Source: Polyangiaceae bacterium (GTDB lineage Bacteria; Myxococcota_A; Polyangia; Polyangiales; Polyangiaceae). From it: a stretch of DNA of 64,000 nt. Positions 1-10,399 of this stretch are shown here, piece after piece. The first letter of the stretch is position 1; each line of letters starts with the position of its first letter. Where the stretch lies: assembly GCA_044376115.1 (NCBI GenBank), contig JBILLK010000029.1, positions 74,795 to 138,794 on the forward strand, given 5' to 3'. The notes beneath the pieces are model-generated. The model did not search any database, was not told where the DNA came from, and worked only from the letters and a program-made list of their open reading frames with translations. Both the position numbers and the translations under genes were made by a program.

Positions 1-636
1 GCGCAGACTACCAGCCAATTTCTCGAGCAAACCGGGGCGGATCTCGCGATCAACGGCGCCTTCTTCGAGCCGTGGAGCAACCGCGTTTTCACCTGGTTTC
101 CGCACGAGGGCGACCTCGCCAAGCCCCTCGGCTACTACCGTCCGCGCGCGTTGGCTGCACAAGACGCAACGCCCCCGAGCGCCGGGACGCTGTACCTCAG
201 CGCAGACGGGGCCGCAGCGAGCGCGCGCATCGGTGGCGAGCCACCCAACGAGAGCATGCTCGCGATCACCGGCGAGCGCATCTTGCGCGCAGGCAAGTTC
301 GACGGCTTCTGCGAATCGCCCTTCGAGTTTGGCAGCAAACAAGCCTTCACCCCTCACCCGCGCACCGTCGTCGGACTGAGCGCCGATCGTCAGACGCTTT
401 GGTTCGTCGTAGCCGATGGTCGGCAGCAGCGGCGCAGTGAAGGGGCAAGGCTGCCAGAGCTCTGCGAGCTACTGCTCGCAGAGGGCGCCGCCGACGCGAT
501 CAACCTCGACGGCGGCGGCTCGAGCACGCTGGTGCAGCGCGGGAAGGACGGCCCCGAGGTGATGAACCATCCGGTTCATCGGCGCTGGCCTGGCCGAGAA
601 CGGCCAATTCCATCGCATATCGGTGTTGTGTTTTGA
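1..636 (+). CDS. Phosphodiester glycosidase (NAGPA/DUF2233) family protein, 5'-truncated by window edge
   Basis: Frame open from base 1; motifs AINGAFF, HPRTVVG, VVADGRQ, AINLDGGGSSTL. Confidence 0.85.
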   Translation, partial: AQTTSQFLEQTGADLAINGAFFEPWSNRVFTWFPHEGDLAKPLGYYRPRALAAQDATPPSAGTLYLSADGAAASARIGGEPPNESMLAITGERILRAGKFDGFCESPFEFGSKQAFTPHPRTVVGLSADRQTLWFVVADGRQQRRSEGARLPELCELLLAEGAADAINLDGGGSSTLVQRGKDGPEVMNHPVHRRWPGRERPIPSHIGVVF

Positions 637-763
637 GCCGCGAGAGCGGCCGCTCGAAGTGCAAACCAATCGGCGCTTCACGTTCAAGCCTTGCACAAGC
701 GGAGATGCTGCGTGTCGAACCGCCGCTCCTCGAGCTGGCCCTAGTCTTGCTCTGACGCCCATC

Positions 764-2092
764 GTGCTTTCCTCCTGCCACGCAAAGCTCCTCGCCATCA
801 TCTGCATGACGGCCTGTCAACCGCTGGTAGCGGTGCTGGAGTCAGAAGAAGACGAGACGGTTGGGATCGATCCCGGGTCCACCGGCGCCGGCGCTGCCGA
901 GCCAGTGGCACCAACGGCGCGCCCAATCGCAATCGAAATCGCCAGTTGCGCGCGCTGCGACCGTTCGAGCGTGCACGTGATCCATAGTGATGCCGCTGGC
1001 GAGCGGCTCGGGCACTGGCTCGCGACCGAACCAATCATTGAGGTGCAGGCCAGCGATGGGGACGCGGTGACGGTGGCTTGGCGAGGAAGCTCAGGCGATC
1101 CGATCTTCACGACCTCGAGGGTACGCCCTCAGGTTGAGCGGCTGGCTTTCGAGATATGGAGCACCTGGAGCGAGCCCAGCTGCGCCGAGTGGTGCTGTCT
1201 CGAGGGTGGGCTGGGTGCGCCGATGGCGCTGACCGTCAAGGCTTCGGGAGAGAGCGTGCTCGTGGAGCACACCGCGAAAAAGGTGGGCGGAGATTCCGGA
1301 TGGTTGGGCGAGGACGGTGAAGCCAACTTCGAGTTGGCTGCTTGCTTGAATCAGCCGAGCATCCTGCTCAAGGTCGGGCGCCAGGTTGGGATCAACGGGG
1401 ATCCCGAGGCCTTTGAGTTGCGTCAGATCCCCTACGAACCCGGGACCTCTCGCACCGAGGTCTTCGCCCTGGAGGACAATCCCCGCCTCTCGATGCAGTT
1501 TGACTTGGTGAGTCCAGTCGGATCAACGGAGGTCCGGCTACGTCACGATTGGCACGCCAACGTCGGTTCGAGCTGGCACTTCAGTGAAGTTCGCGAGGCC
1601 GGTAGCGACGTGGTTTGGGAAGGCACCCCCGCCGCGTCACTCGGCCCCGCGAGCGTCAGCGCAGAAGTGAGCTTCCTCGATCTGCTTCCGCGTGGCTTTT
1701 GTGGCTCGCTCGCCGCTGTCCAGTATGGGGCCTCGGGCTCGCTCGCTCTCGATCTAAACGAGCTTGCGGTGCTCGTCCCCACCATGAACGGTGGCTGGGA
1801 GTCGACTACGGCTTCCGGCGGCCCCGGTACGGTGGTTGAGATCGATTGGCTCGATCAATCGAACACCGTTTGGTCGACGCGCGATGACCCATCGCAAGCC
1901 TCTGAACCAGCCGCATTTCCGGATCTCGCAGGACTCGAGCTTCCTTTTGCTGTACCCGACCTGGCTGGCTTGGAGCTATCGCTCTCCCACGAATACTGGC
2001 CCGACCAACCGAGCTACGCGGAGCACGTGGCCGCGCTGCGCCCCACGAGTGGCGCTTTTGCGCGAAGCTACGCATTCTCATGCACCGAATGA
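764..2092 (+). CDS. Hypothetical lipoprotein
   Basis: Long ORF (track 623..2092); lipoprotein-like N-terminus KLLAIICMTAC after GTG 764; start uncertain. Confidence 0.55.
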   Translation: MLSSCHAKLLAIICMTACQPLVAVLESEEDETVGIDPGSTGAGAAEPVAPTARPIAIEIASCARCDRSSVHVIHSDAAGERLGHWLATEPIIEVQASDGDAVTVAWRGSSGDPIFTTSRVRPQVERLAFEIWSTWSEPSCAEWCCLEGGLGAPMALTVKASGESVLVEHTAKKVGGDSGWLGEDGEANFELAACLNQPSILLKVGRQVGINGDPEAFELRQIPYEPGTSRTEVFALEDNPRLSMQFDLVSPVGSTEVRLRHDWHANVGSSWHFSEVREAGSDVVWEGTPAASLGPASVSAEVSFLDLLPRGFCGSLAAVQYGASGSLALDLNELAVLVPTMNGGWESTTASGGPGTVVEIDWLDQSNTVWSTRDDPSQASEPAAFPDLAGLELPFAVPDLAGLELSLSHEYWPDQPSYAEHVAALRPTSGAFARSYAFSCTE

Positions 2093-2183
2093 GTTGTAGC
2101 GCGCTGAGCTGCTAGCCTGCGCGCGCCGAACAGCTGCGGCTAGCGCACTTGTAGGCGTCGGGGGTCGCTGTTACGAGGAAGCC

Positions 2184-3770
2184 ATGCAGCTGAAGACTCT
2201 GTTGGTCGTCGCTTGCTTGGCGGGTTGTGCACGAGCGGAAACCCGTTTGGCGAGCGAAGCACGGCCTGACGTCAGCGAGAGTGCGGCGCTCACGCCGCCT
2301 GCGGCTGCGGAGGCGCGCACGCTGAAGCGGGCGTCGCAGCGGCTTGTTTGCGACGGCCTCACGGAGCCGCTTGAGCTCGATGCTTACGTCACGCGCGGGA
2401 CGCCTGCGCTCGAGTCGTACGCGAAGGAGGTGGAGCTGCTGCTCGACCTCTACCAATCGGGCGCTTGCCAGTCTGGCGCTGTGAAGTCGAAGGTACGGAC
2501 GCGTCTGATCGAGGTGAACACTGACCAACTCCGCGCCAAGGCCGACGCGGAGGGGATCGGCACCGAAACGTTCGAGGAGGGCGACCGGACCAAGGCGACG
2601 GTGGTACGCGGTCACTGGGGCTTCGTGCTCAAGTACCGTTCGGAGCGAGCCGCCATGACCATGCATCCTGGTAACTACCGCGGCCTCGAGTTGTGGTTGA
2701 GCTCGAAGATGCGCGAGCTTCGCAACCTTGCGGAAAAGCAGGAGGTCACGATCGGCGTAGTGACGGGTAAACAAGAGCTCCAGCTCTCGGAGACCCGCAG
2801 CTTCGGTCCGGCCTCAATGCGTGTCTCGCTCGAGGGGATGGTGACCTCGAGCTTCCCGTTCTACCGGCTTCAGCCGGTCGATTTGCAGGGTGGGAGCGCG
2901 GCGGTGCCAGCAAACCTTCGAGGGCTCATCGTCACGCAGCCAGGCGAGCCCTACACCGACGCTGAGCTACGCCGCATCGACGAGTTTGTCGTCTCCGGCG
3001 GAAAGGCCTTGGCACTCTATGTGAGCGCCGCAAGCCCAAAGCAAGGGCGCGCGGCGATGGACGCTACGTTGGACACGATGGGAGTGGAGCGGCTCCTGGC
3101 CGGGTACGGCATCAAGCTGAGCAATGACCTTGTGCTCGATTTCGGTCGGGCCGCATCAGTCGCTGACTTGAGCAGCGGCACGCGAACGCCCTATCCCGCA
3201 GCGGCGGTGCTTGGCGGCTCGAGCCTAACTTCCGACGGGTCGCAGCTAGACGCATCGTTTCCTCCCTTCTACCGACTGCCGCGGTTGTCCTTTCCGTTCC
3301 CCTCGAGTTTGGTCCTCGAGCCGAGTCGGCAACCCAACGCCACGCTGCGCGCTGTCGCTCGTACGTCGAACGAGTCGATTGCCATCTCGCCGAGCACGAT
3401 CAACCTGACCCCGCCCATGGTGTGGCCGGCGGAGGGTGCTCGCGCGTCGCACGTCATCTCGGCATCGGTCGAGGGCTTGCTTCGCAGCGCCTTCGCAACG
3501 GACGGCGCTGTTCCAACGTCGAAGCAGCCGAGCCGAGTGCTCGTGGTTGCCTCCTCTCAGTTCCTCGCCAACCCGTTTGCACGCGCAAGCCACGCGATCC
3601 TCCCCCCTCAGCTCGAGATGATGGTACCGAACGAAGGACCGCTAGCGGCTACTGTGCGCACGTACGCATCAGACCATGGCCAGGGGATTGTGCTCTCTTT
3701 CAAGAACACGCTGGACTGGTTGCATCTGGAAGACGATTGGGCCGAGCTCTCCGCGACGGTCGCCGAATAG
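2184..3770 (+). CDS. GldG-like / ABC-transporter auxiliary-domain lipoprotein
   Basis: Lipobox LAGC; LDAYVT, GFVLKY, LIVTQP..YTDAELRRIDEFV..GGKAL, VLVVASSQFL, NTLDWL resemble the GldG family. Confidence 0.65.
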   Translation: MQLKTLLVVACLAGCARAETRLASEARPDVSESAALTPPAAAEARTLKRASQRLVCDGLTEPLELDAYVTRGTPALESYAKEVELLLDLYQSGACQSGAVKSKVRTRLIEVNTDQLRAKADAEGIGTETFEEGDRTKATVVRGHWGFVLKYRSERAAMTMHPGNYRGLELWLSSKMRELRNLAEKQEVTIGVVTGKQELQLSETRSFGPASMRVSLEGMVTSSFPFYRLQPVDLQGGSAAVPANLRGLIVTQPGEPYTDAELRRIDEFVVSGGKALALYVSAASPKQGRAAMDATLDTMGVERLLAGYGIKLSNDLVLDFGRAASVADLSSGTRTPYPAAAVLGGSSLTSDGSQLDASFPPFYRLPRLSFPFPSSLVLEPSRQPNATLRAVARTSNESIAISPSTINLTPPMVWPAEGARASHVISASVEGLLRSAFATDGAVPTSKQPSRVLVVASSQFLANPFARASHAILPPQLEMMVPNEGPLAATVRTYASDHGQGIVLSFKNTLDWLHLEDDWAELSATVAE

Positions 3771-3882
3771 AGCGGCGCGGGGGCACGGCTAGGATCGCGA
3801 TTGCTCGCCAATCGCCAAAGCAACGTCGGCTCGAGCTCTCTCGCTTTCGATCGCAACGAGTTGCAGTTCCGGATCTCGTCCG

Positions 3883-4404
3883 TTACGGCGAGGTCTGAAC
3901 CTCGATGATGTCGAAGCCGGCTCCGCCCGGCCCGCCAGCTCGCACTGCGCAGGTACTTTCAATCACGGAGCAACTATCCGTATTCCAATATTGCTTATTC
4001 GACATTGAATTGAAGGTACAGGTGTAGTCACAGGAGGCATCGCAACAAACCCACTGGCGGTCTGAGTTATAGCCGCAAGCCGTATCGGTGCTGTTGGTCT
4101 TGCTTGCACCAATGAACGGACAGGATTCACCCTGGTTCTCGCCGGCTTGCCGTGAATCATTGTTGAGTGACAGAACCACGGTCCCCGTCTGCACACTATA
4201 GAGCCCTTTGGGCACGACGAACTTGGTCGACTTGGGAACGCTAAACTTCAATTCGTCTTCCGAGGTAGCAACCTCTTCCAGCTCGTCCTCGAGGCTCTCT
4301 TCATCGGACTGTTCGACGACACAGCCTACGCCTGTCATGGCGAAAGGCAGCGTGCCGAAAGCGATTAGCGAGAGGACGGTGCGAAACTTGGACGATTGGC
4401 TCAT
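3883..4404 (-). CDS. Hypothetical lipoprotein with acidic linker and Cys-rich C-terminus
   Basis: ATG 4404 with AGGAG RBS; signal ending GVGC; acidic stretch; 8 Cys in C-terminal half. Confidence 0.7.
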   Translation of the reverse strand: MSQSSKFRTVLSLIAFGTLPFAMTGVGCVVEQSDEESLEDELEEVATSEDELKFSVPKSTKFVVPKGLYSVQTGTVVLSLNNDSRQAGENQGESCPFIGASKTNSTDTACGYNSDRQWVCCDASCDYTCTFNSMSNKQYWNTDSCSVIESTCAVRAGGPGGAGFDIIEVQTSP

Positions 4405-4449
4405 GACAGGCTCCTTGTGGAACGCGACGTTGCGTTTGAACCCTACTAA

Positions 4450-4464
4450 GCAATGGCGGTGCCA
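4450..4464 (-). promoter_or_regulatory. sigma54 (-24/-12) promoter
   Basis: Minus strand TGGCACCGCCATTGC fits TGGCAC-N5-TTGC, 45 nt before ATG 4404. Confidence 0.75.
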
Positions 4465-4527
4465 GCGCTCGGATCGTCGCCATTGTGCGCAATTCCATCG
4501 TTCGTCGTGCTTTTGCGCTCTCAACGT

Positions 4528-4580
4528 GTGTCTAGCTTCTTGGACACCGTCCAAGCTTGGCGTCCAAACCACCAGACACA
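4528..4580. promoter_or_regulatory. Putative EBP upstream activating sequences (two GTC-N10-GAC palindromes)
   Basis: GTGTCtagcttcttgGACAC (4528-4547) and GTCcaaaccaccaGACAC (4562-4579), 32 bp apart, between two divergent sigma54 promoters. Confidence 0.55.
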
Positions 4581-4628
4581 TAGGCCGTTTACCCGCTTCT
4601 TAATGCACTATTTTCGACTCATTGCTCA

Positions 4629-4643
4629 TGGCACGAAGCCTGC
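4629..4643 (+). promoter_or_regulatory. sigma54 (-24/-12) promoter
   Basis: TGGCACGAAGCCTGC with correct GG-N10-GC spacing upstream of ATG 4727. Confidence 0.7.
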
Positions 4644-4726
4644 TGAGTCGGGTAACAACTTGGGCAACGACCGCATGCAACAACCGCATGCGGCCCCCCA
4701 GTCCCACCTTCAGCTCAGGAGCTACT

Positions 4727-5386
4727 ATGCATATCCGATCGCTACTGGTTCAGGCACTCGCCGTTAGCCTTGTCTCCTCTACCTTCGCCGCCTGCGATCA
4801 AGCGGAAGAGACTGACGAACTGGACGAACTCGACATCGCCAGCGATGAGATCGTGGCCAGCCACGGCAGATACCTGATTGCCAATGGTTATACCGGTAAA
4901 GCAAACTTCTACATCGAGGCGGAGTTCGGCAGCCAAAGCGCCCCCGTCGCTGAAATCCTCGAGTGTGAACTCACGATCGGAGCGCTGGCCGTCACCGCCA
5001 AGTGCCCCGGCGTGGCCAACCCGCCGGTGACGTTGCTGGCCGACGACGAACCGTCGGTCCGAGCAATCCGGGTAGGCTTTACCCCCATTCGTCACGCGTT
5101 GACCAACCAGGGCTACTCGATACTCTCGTTGGCGAGCCGGTCGGAACCCATTCCGATGGCCGAGGCCGTGTGGGAAAACGGACACTGGGAATGCAAAGCA
5201 AGCGAGGCCGACGTAGAGGACTGCAAGCAGACGTGCGTCGCCAACGGGGGCGGGGGCACGGTCACGGTCGACGAGGAGATCCCAAGTAACTATCTGGACC
5301 GCGAGCCGACATGCATGGTGACTTGCAAGTGTGCGGATGGAAGCAAAACGATCCACCCAGATCCGCCTCAGGTCATTGCATTCTGA
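4727..5386 (+). CDS. Hypothetical lipoprotein with acidic linker and Cys-containing C-terminus
   Basis: AGGAG RBS, signal ending FAAC, DQAEETDELDEL linker, several Cys. Confidence 0.7.
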   Translation: MHIRSLLVQALAVSLVSSTFAACDQAEETDELDELDIASDEIVASHGRYLIANGYTGKANFYIEAEFGSQSAPVAEILECELTIGALAVTAKCPGVANPPVTLLADDEPSVRAIRVGFTPIRHALTNQGYSILSLASRSEPIPMAEAVWENGHWECKASEADVEDCKQTCVANGGGGTVTVDEEIPSNYLDREPTCMVTCKCADGSKTIHPDPPQVIAF

Positions 5387-5408
5387 AGCTAGCTACCGAG
5401 CTCCCGCC

Positions 5409-6695
5409 ATGAGTTATGCTTCGTGGGTGTCGCAAGAGCATAGCGAGCCCGCCGTGGACTCCTACCCGGCGGGTACTGTGCTCGCCGGTAAGTACCAAGT
5501 CGAGGGCACCTTGGGGCGCGGCGCAATGGGCACAGTCGTCGCCGCCACCCATCTTGGGCTGCGAGAGCCGCGTGCCCTCAAACTGCTGCACAGCACCTGG
5601 CTGACCCACCCCGAGAAGGTGGAGCGTTTTCGACTTGAAGCGCGAGCCGCCTCCAAGCTTAGGGGCTCGCATGTTGCCCGCATCTACGACGTTGGCGAGC
5701 TCAGTTCAGGGGTGCCCTTCATCGTGATGGAGCGTCTCGAAGGCGTCGACCTCGAGAGCCTGCTTGCGGTGCGCGGCCAGTTGGAGGTAACCGAAGCGGT
5801 GACCTTCATTAGGCAAGCCTGTGAGGCGATCGAGGAGGCTCACGGGCTTGGCATCGTTCATAGAGACTTGAAGCCCGCCAATCTGTTTGCGCAACGCACG
5901 CCTGCTGGCGCACAAATCAAAGTGCTCGATTTTGGCGTCGCCAAGATTCGTATCGTGGGGCAGACCATCAGCAACACCAAGAACGGTGAGTTCATTGGGA
6001 CGCCGCGGACGATGTCGCCCGAGCAAGCCCGCGGGGGCGCCTCGGTCGACCTGCGCACCGACATCTGGGCGCTTGGAGCTACGCTCCATCAGCTGTTGAC
6101 TGGGACCACGCCCTTCGAAGGCAAAACGCTGGGCGAGCTCACGCACAACATTCTATTCGCTTCGCCGAGCCCGATACGTCAACGGCGCGCGGATCTGCCA
6201 GAAGCTCTCGAAGCTGTAATTCTTCGCTGCTTGGAGAAGTCACCCGAATTGCGGTTCGGTAGTGCGGCGGAGCTCGCTCTCGCACTTGCGCCTTTTGCGT
6301 CGCTCGTCGCTACGCAGGTCACGAGCCCGACGCCGCCTTCACGTCCAGGGCTCGGCCTGGGACCGCAGCTACTCATTGCCCTTGGCGCCCTGCTTGGCAT
6401 AACGACCGGTACTGCGCTTTCAGCCCTGAAGGCGCGAGGCGGACAGATATCGCAAGCCAGTGAACCGTCGGCGCAAGCACGAGTCTCGACGCAAGCCATC
6501 GATCAAGCGAGCAGCGCGAGGGTGGATACGCCGGCCAGCTCTTCAGCCGCACCCAAAGGCGACAAGACCGCGACCCCTGCCCCTGGTGCGGTTGTACCGC
6601 CAATACCCGCGCGGTCACTCAAGGGCGTCGAGGCAAGCCCGCCTAAACCGGCTCCGAGCGCGGCAAAGGACGCGTTCGGGGACAGCCGTCTGTAA
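5409..6695 (+). CDS. Membrane-anchored Ser/Thr protein kinase (Hanks type)
   Basis: LGRGAMG, ALK, HRDLKPAN, DFG, SPEQ, DIWALG; single TM helix then Pro/Ala-rich tail. Confidence 0.95.
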   Translation: MSYASWVSQEHSEPAVDSYPAGTVLAGKYQVEGTLGRGAMGTVVAATHLGLREPRALKLLHSTWLTHPEKVERFRLEARAASKLRGSHVARIYDVGELSSGVPFIVMERLEGVDLESLLAVRGQLEVTEAVTFIRQACEAIEEAHGLGIVHRDLKPANLFAQRTPAGAQIKVLDFGVAKIRIVGQTISNTKNGEFIGTPRTMSPEQARGGASVDLRTDIWALGATLHQLLTGTTPFEGKTLGELTHNILFASPSPIRQRRADLPEALEAVILRCLEKSPELRFGSAAELALALAPFASLVATQVTSPTPPSRPGLGLGPQLLIALGALLGITTGTALSALKARGGQISQASEPSAQARVSTQAIDQASSARVDTPASSSAAPKGDKTATPAPGAVVPPIPARSLKGVEASPPKPAPSAAKDAFGDSRL

Positions 6696-6801
6696 AGTCC
6701 TACGCGAATATGATTGGCGGCTCGCTAGAGTCATGCGCGTAATTAGCAGCGCTGGGAATGCACGAGCGAACAATGCCTCAAGACTCCAGAAGCGCAGGAA
6801 C

Positions 6802-7845
6802 ATGACTCGGCGATTCGCCTTGCTCATCGGAGCACTTTTGTCGGCTATCGCTGACCCGCATTGGAGTGACGCCCAACCAGTGGCATCCGATGCCCCGGCG
6901 ATCTCGCAGGCGCAACTGCGCTTCAATGAAGGGCTGGCGCTGCTACGCGCCGGAAAGTTCGCGGAAGCGTGTCCGAAGCTCGAAGAGAGCGTGCAACTCG
7001 AACCAGCTGCCGGGTCGAAGTTTCGGCTCGGCGAGTGCTACGAAGGGCTAGGCCGTTTGGCCGCCGCTTACCGCGTCTTCCGCGAGGTCGAGGGCGACAC
7101 GCGGGTGGAAGCTCGAACCGATCGGGAGGCGCAAGTTCGGGCAAAACTAACCGAGCTCGAGCCCCGGCTAGCCTGGCTCATCGTCCGTGCGCCCGAGCAG
7201 GTCCGCTTGCTTGACGGCTTCGCCCTTGAACAGGACGGGCAGCCGCTATCCGCCGAGGATCTCAGGGCCGTGCGGATCCCTACCGATCCTGGGGAGCACG
7301 TATTCGTTGCTTCGGCGACCGATCATGTTTCAGCGCGCATGGTGCTCGTTACCAGCGCGAATGCCCCCACTGAGCTTCAGATCCCTTTGCTCGTTCGAGC
7401 TCTGACCCAACCACCCATCGCCCAGCCAAGCCTCTCACCGCAGCTGCCCCCTCCCCCATTGCCTGAAAACACGCCGCTGGACACGGGGCTGAGCGCTGGC
7501 CGCGTTACCGCGATTGTACTGTTTGGTCTGGGAGCGGCCGGTGTTGGTCTTGGTGCTACCTTCGCCATCGTGGCGAAGGTTCAGTGGGACGATGCCCAAG
7601 CGGGTTGTGTCGCGGGGGCGTTCAACCGGTGTTCAACGCAAGCCATCGAGGTGGGTGAGCAAGCCAATGGTAGTGCTGTAGCAGCAACTGCACTCATTAT
7701 TGCTGGGGCGGCCTCCTTGGCCGGCGGGCTGGGGTTCTGGTTGGCTTTCCCGGGCGATCCAGCGAGCCCCGCGCTGTCTGTCAGCTTTCAACCGCCAACG
7801 CACGGACTCGGCACGATCGCGCGCGCTGAATGGACGTGGCCATGA
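6802..7845 (+). CDS. TPR/PEGA-like membrane protein
   Basis: Signal peptide, TPR helices (FNEGLALL..FAEACPKLEES..LGECYE), PEGA-like beta domain, C-terminal TM helices. Confidence 0.75.
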   Translation: MTRRFALLIGALLSAIADPHWSDAQPVASDAPAISQAQLRFNEGLALLRAGKFAEACPKLEESVQLEPAAGSKFRLGECYEGLGRLAAAYRVFREVEGDTRVEARTDREAQVRAKLTELEPRLAWLIVRAPEQVRLLDGFALEQDGQPLSAEDLRAVRIPTDPGEHVFVASATDHVSARMVLVTSANAPTELQIPLLVRALTQPPIAQPSLSPQLPPPPLPENTPLDTGLSAGRVTAIVLFGLGAAGVGLGATFAIVAKVQWDDAQAGCVAGAFNRCSTQAIEVGEQANGSAVAATALIIAGAASLAGGLGFWLAFPGDPASPALSVSFQPPTHGLGTIARAEWTWP

Positions 7846-9266
7846 CGCTAATTAAGTATCTAGGGCTCACTCTCGCGACAACCAGCCTAAGTGGCTGCTG
7901 GCTCGTATGGGGTATTGAGCCACTGTCGAATGATGGCGCAGGTGCGCAGGCCGGCGCCGGAGGAACGGCGGGCAGCGGGTTGGGTGGAGCGGGTGGAACG
8001 GGTGGAACGGGTGGAACGGGAGGAGGAGGGGGCGAACCTTCGTGCACAAAGGCTGAAGGGACATCCGGCCCGTTCAGCTTGCTTGCCCACTGTCGTGGTC
8101 TTGCAGGCCATAGGCTCTCAGCCGACGGCAGCGGGGTCGTGCTCGCGGGTAGCTTGGTCGGCAAAGACGGGAGCTTCGTGCAAACCTTCTCCACGGATGG
8201 GACCCCGATCCAACACCTCGAGCTAGCCGGGGCCGAAGAGCTATCGATCGAACTCTACGGTGCAGGGAATGGTCGAAAAATCATGGTCGGCGGCGCCGTA
8301 GCGCAGACGGATACCCTCGCCTTACTCGACTATCGCTCGGCGGTTTGCAACGGCGAGCACTGTGGCTTCCTGGTCAGTTTGGATGCCGGGCAGCTTGGGC
8401 TCAATGGCCCCCCGCTATTCTGGGACGCAGGGCCGACAGGCACCATCGTGGTTGAAGATGTAGGGGTGGCTCAGGTCAAAGAGTACGAAAACGATCGATT
8501 TGTGGCCGTCACCGGGACCATGAAAGGCTCGCTGAACCTGCTCGAAAGCTTGAACCCACTCAGTTCCCCTACCGAGGCGATCTTCCTCGTCACCGCGAAC
8601 ATCCAGACGGGGATGCCGCAAGATGCCTGGCAAAGCGTGGCCGATAATCCGAGCGGAAGACCGCAGTTATCTTTCGGACGAAAGGAGGACGAGCAGTTTC
8701 GTCTTTATGTTTCTGGTAACGCGACGCTCGCCGGCAAGGACCAGGCGACTTGCAGTGAGGTTGATCCAGATACGAGTGTGATTCAAAACTCGGATGTGAC
8801 GGACGGCGGGGTTGCGAGTGGCATCGCGAGAACGTCTTCAGGAATCGTGTGTGCTCACGTAAGAGCCAACCAGCTATGGCTGCGGGCGTTTACGGAGGGA
8901 GTTTTCGCTGACGCCGGTGGCCCTTACGATCTCGTCAGCGCTCGGCTCGCTGCGGCGGGTGACGATGTTTACGTGGCAAGCAGTTACTCCGGCACGCTCG
9001 AGGTTGGCCCACAGGCGGTCGTGAGTGCGGGAGGGCGAGATGCGGTGTTGCTGCGTGTCGACGGCGCAACGAAGCTGACCACGCCGCTGGCTATTTCGCC
9101 TGGGGCAGCACAGGATGACGAGCTTACCGACGTGACCGCCGTGCAATCGCAAAGCGGCTCCACCATCTACCTGCTCGTCAACTTCGAGGGCACCTATGAC
9201 TTCGGAGGGACGTTGCTCGAGGCCGAGCCTGGCGGTAGCTCCTTCCTCGCGGCGATCAAGCTCTAG
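7842..9266 (+). CDS. Hypothetical lipoprotein, Gly-rich linker, possible beta-propeller
   Basis: Lipobox LSGC; GGTGGT linker; ATGA overlap with upstream gene. Confidence 0.7.
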   Translation: MTLIKYLGLTLATTSLSGCWLVWGIEPLSNDGAGAQAGAGGTAGSGLGGAGGTGGTGGTGGGGGEPSCTKAEGTSGPFSLLAHCRGLAGHRLSADGSGVVLAGSLVGKDGSFVQTFSTDGTPIQHLELAGAEELSIELYGAGNGRKIMVGGAVAQTDTLALLDYRSAVCNGEHCGFLVSLDAGQLGLNGPPLFWDAGPTGTIVVEDVGVAQVKEYENDRFVAVTGTMKGSLNLLESLNPLSSPTEAIFLVTANIQTGMPQDAWQSVADNPSGRPQLSFGRKEDEQFRLYVSGNATLAGKDQATCSEVDPDTSVIQNSDVTDGGVASGIARTSSGIVCAHVRANQLWLRAFTEGVFADAGGPYDLVSARLAAAGDDVYVASSYSGTLEVGPQAVVSAGGRDAVLLRVDGATKLTTPLAISPGAAQDDELTDVTAVQSQSGSTIYLLVNFEGTYDFGGTLLEAEPGGSSFLAAIKL

Positions 9267-9280
9267 GCTGCCCGCTCGAC

Positions 9281-10399
9281 TCAGGGCTGCGGCCGGAGCA
9301 AGAGCGCTACCGGGTCCAACGCGACCGTCACGAGCGCGGTCAGTACAGCCACCAATAGGCCAAGCGCGGCTCCGATCGCCCATCGCCTCGGCCTCAGCGT
9401 AGCGTGCTCACTTGGCTGAGCTACTTGTTGCTTCGGCGCTGCGACCTTGGCGGCTGGATGGCTCTGGATAGCGGTGCGTTGGGCAACCAGCTCCGCCCTT
9501 GGAGCGACGGGCACGCTCTGCGCGACAACGTTGGCAGGCTGGATAACGCCCGGCGGAGGATCGAACGTGGCCAAGCAGGCCAGCAACCCATCGAGCGAGG
9601 GCCGCCTCGCACGATCGGTTGCAAGCATGGCAGCGACGAGGTCCAGCAGGCGCTTGGGCAGATCAGGTCGCAGTTCCGCGAGCGGCAATACCGCGCTTGA
9701 AGAGAGCTGCTTGACGTATTGACCTAAGTTGGCCGCTTCAATCGGTCTGCAACCTGCAAGGCACTCGTAGAGCACGACGCCCAAGGCGAACACATCTGCA
9801 CGAGCGTCGGTATCTGCCTCACCAAAGGCTTGCTCCGGTGCCATATAGCAAGGCGTTCCTAGCGTTGCCCCAGTCGAGGTAACCGGCCCGGGAGCGCCCT
9901 CTCGCTGCATCATCTTGGCGATGCCAAAGTCGAGCAGCTTTGGCATCACGAGTCCCCACGGTGTCCGAGCGAGAAAGATGTTGTCCGGCTTGATATCCCG
10001 GTGAACGATGCCGTGCGCGTGAACCGCGGCGGTCGCTCCCACGATTGGACCCAAGAGCGCTGCTACTTCACGCAAAGCCATCGGTTCACGGTCTGCAAGA
10101 CGACTGCCCAGCGTCTGACCCTCCAGCAGCTCCATGACCAGCCCGAGCGTTCCGTCCCCCAGCTGAAACACATCGAGCACTTCAACCAAGTTGGGGTGAA
10201 CAAACGCGTTGGCGATGCGTGCTTCAGCCAAGAACCGAGCGCGAGCATCTTCTCGCTTGAGTGCCGGACCTACCAACAGCTTGACGGCGCGTTTGACGCC
10301 TTCCACTCGATCGAGGACCGACCATACCTCACCAAAGCCACCAGTACCGAGGTGGGCGATGGTTTCGTAACGTGCGACGAGCAGCTCGCCGGCCTTCAC
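9281..10399 (-). CDS. Ser/Thr protein kinase with C-terminal TM anchor
   Basis: [37 protein letters not shown]. Confidence 0.95.
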   Translation of the reverse strand: MKAGELLVARYETIAHLGTGGFGEVWSVLDRVEGVKRAVKLLVGPALKREDARARFLAEARIANAFVHPNLVEVLDVFQLGDGTLGLVMELLEGQTLGSRLADREPMALREVAALLGPIVGATAAVHAHGIVHRDIKPDNIFLARTPWGLVMPKLLDFGIAKMMQREGAPGPVTSTGATLGTPCYMAPEQAFGEADTDARADVFALGVVLYECLAGCRPIEAANLGQYVKQLSSSAVLPLAELRPDLPKRLLDLVAAMLATDRARRPSLDGLLACLATFDPPPGVIQPANVVAQSVPVAPRAELVAQRTAIQSHPAAKVAAPKQQVAQPSEHATLRPRRWAIGAALGLLVAVLTALVTVALDPVALLLRPQP

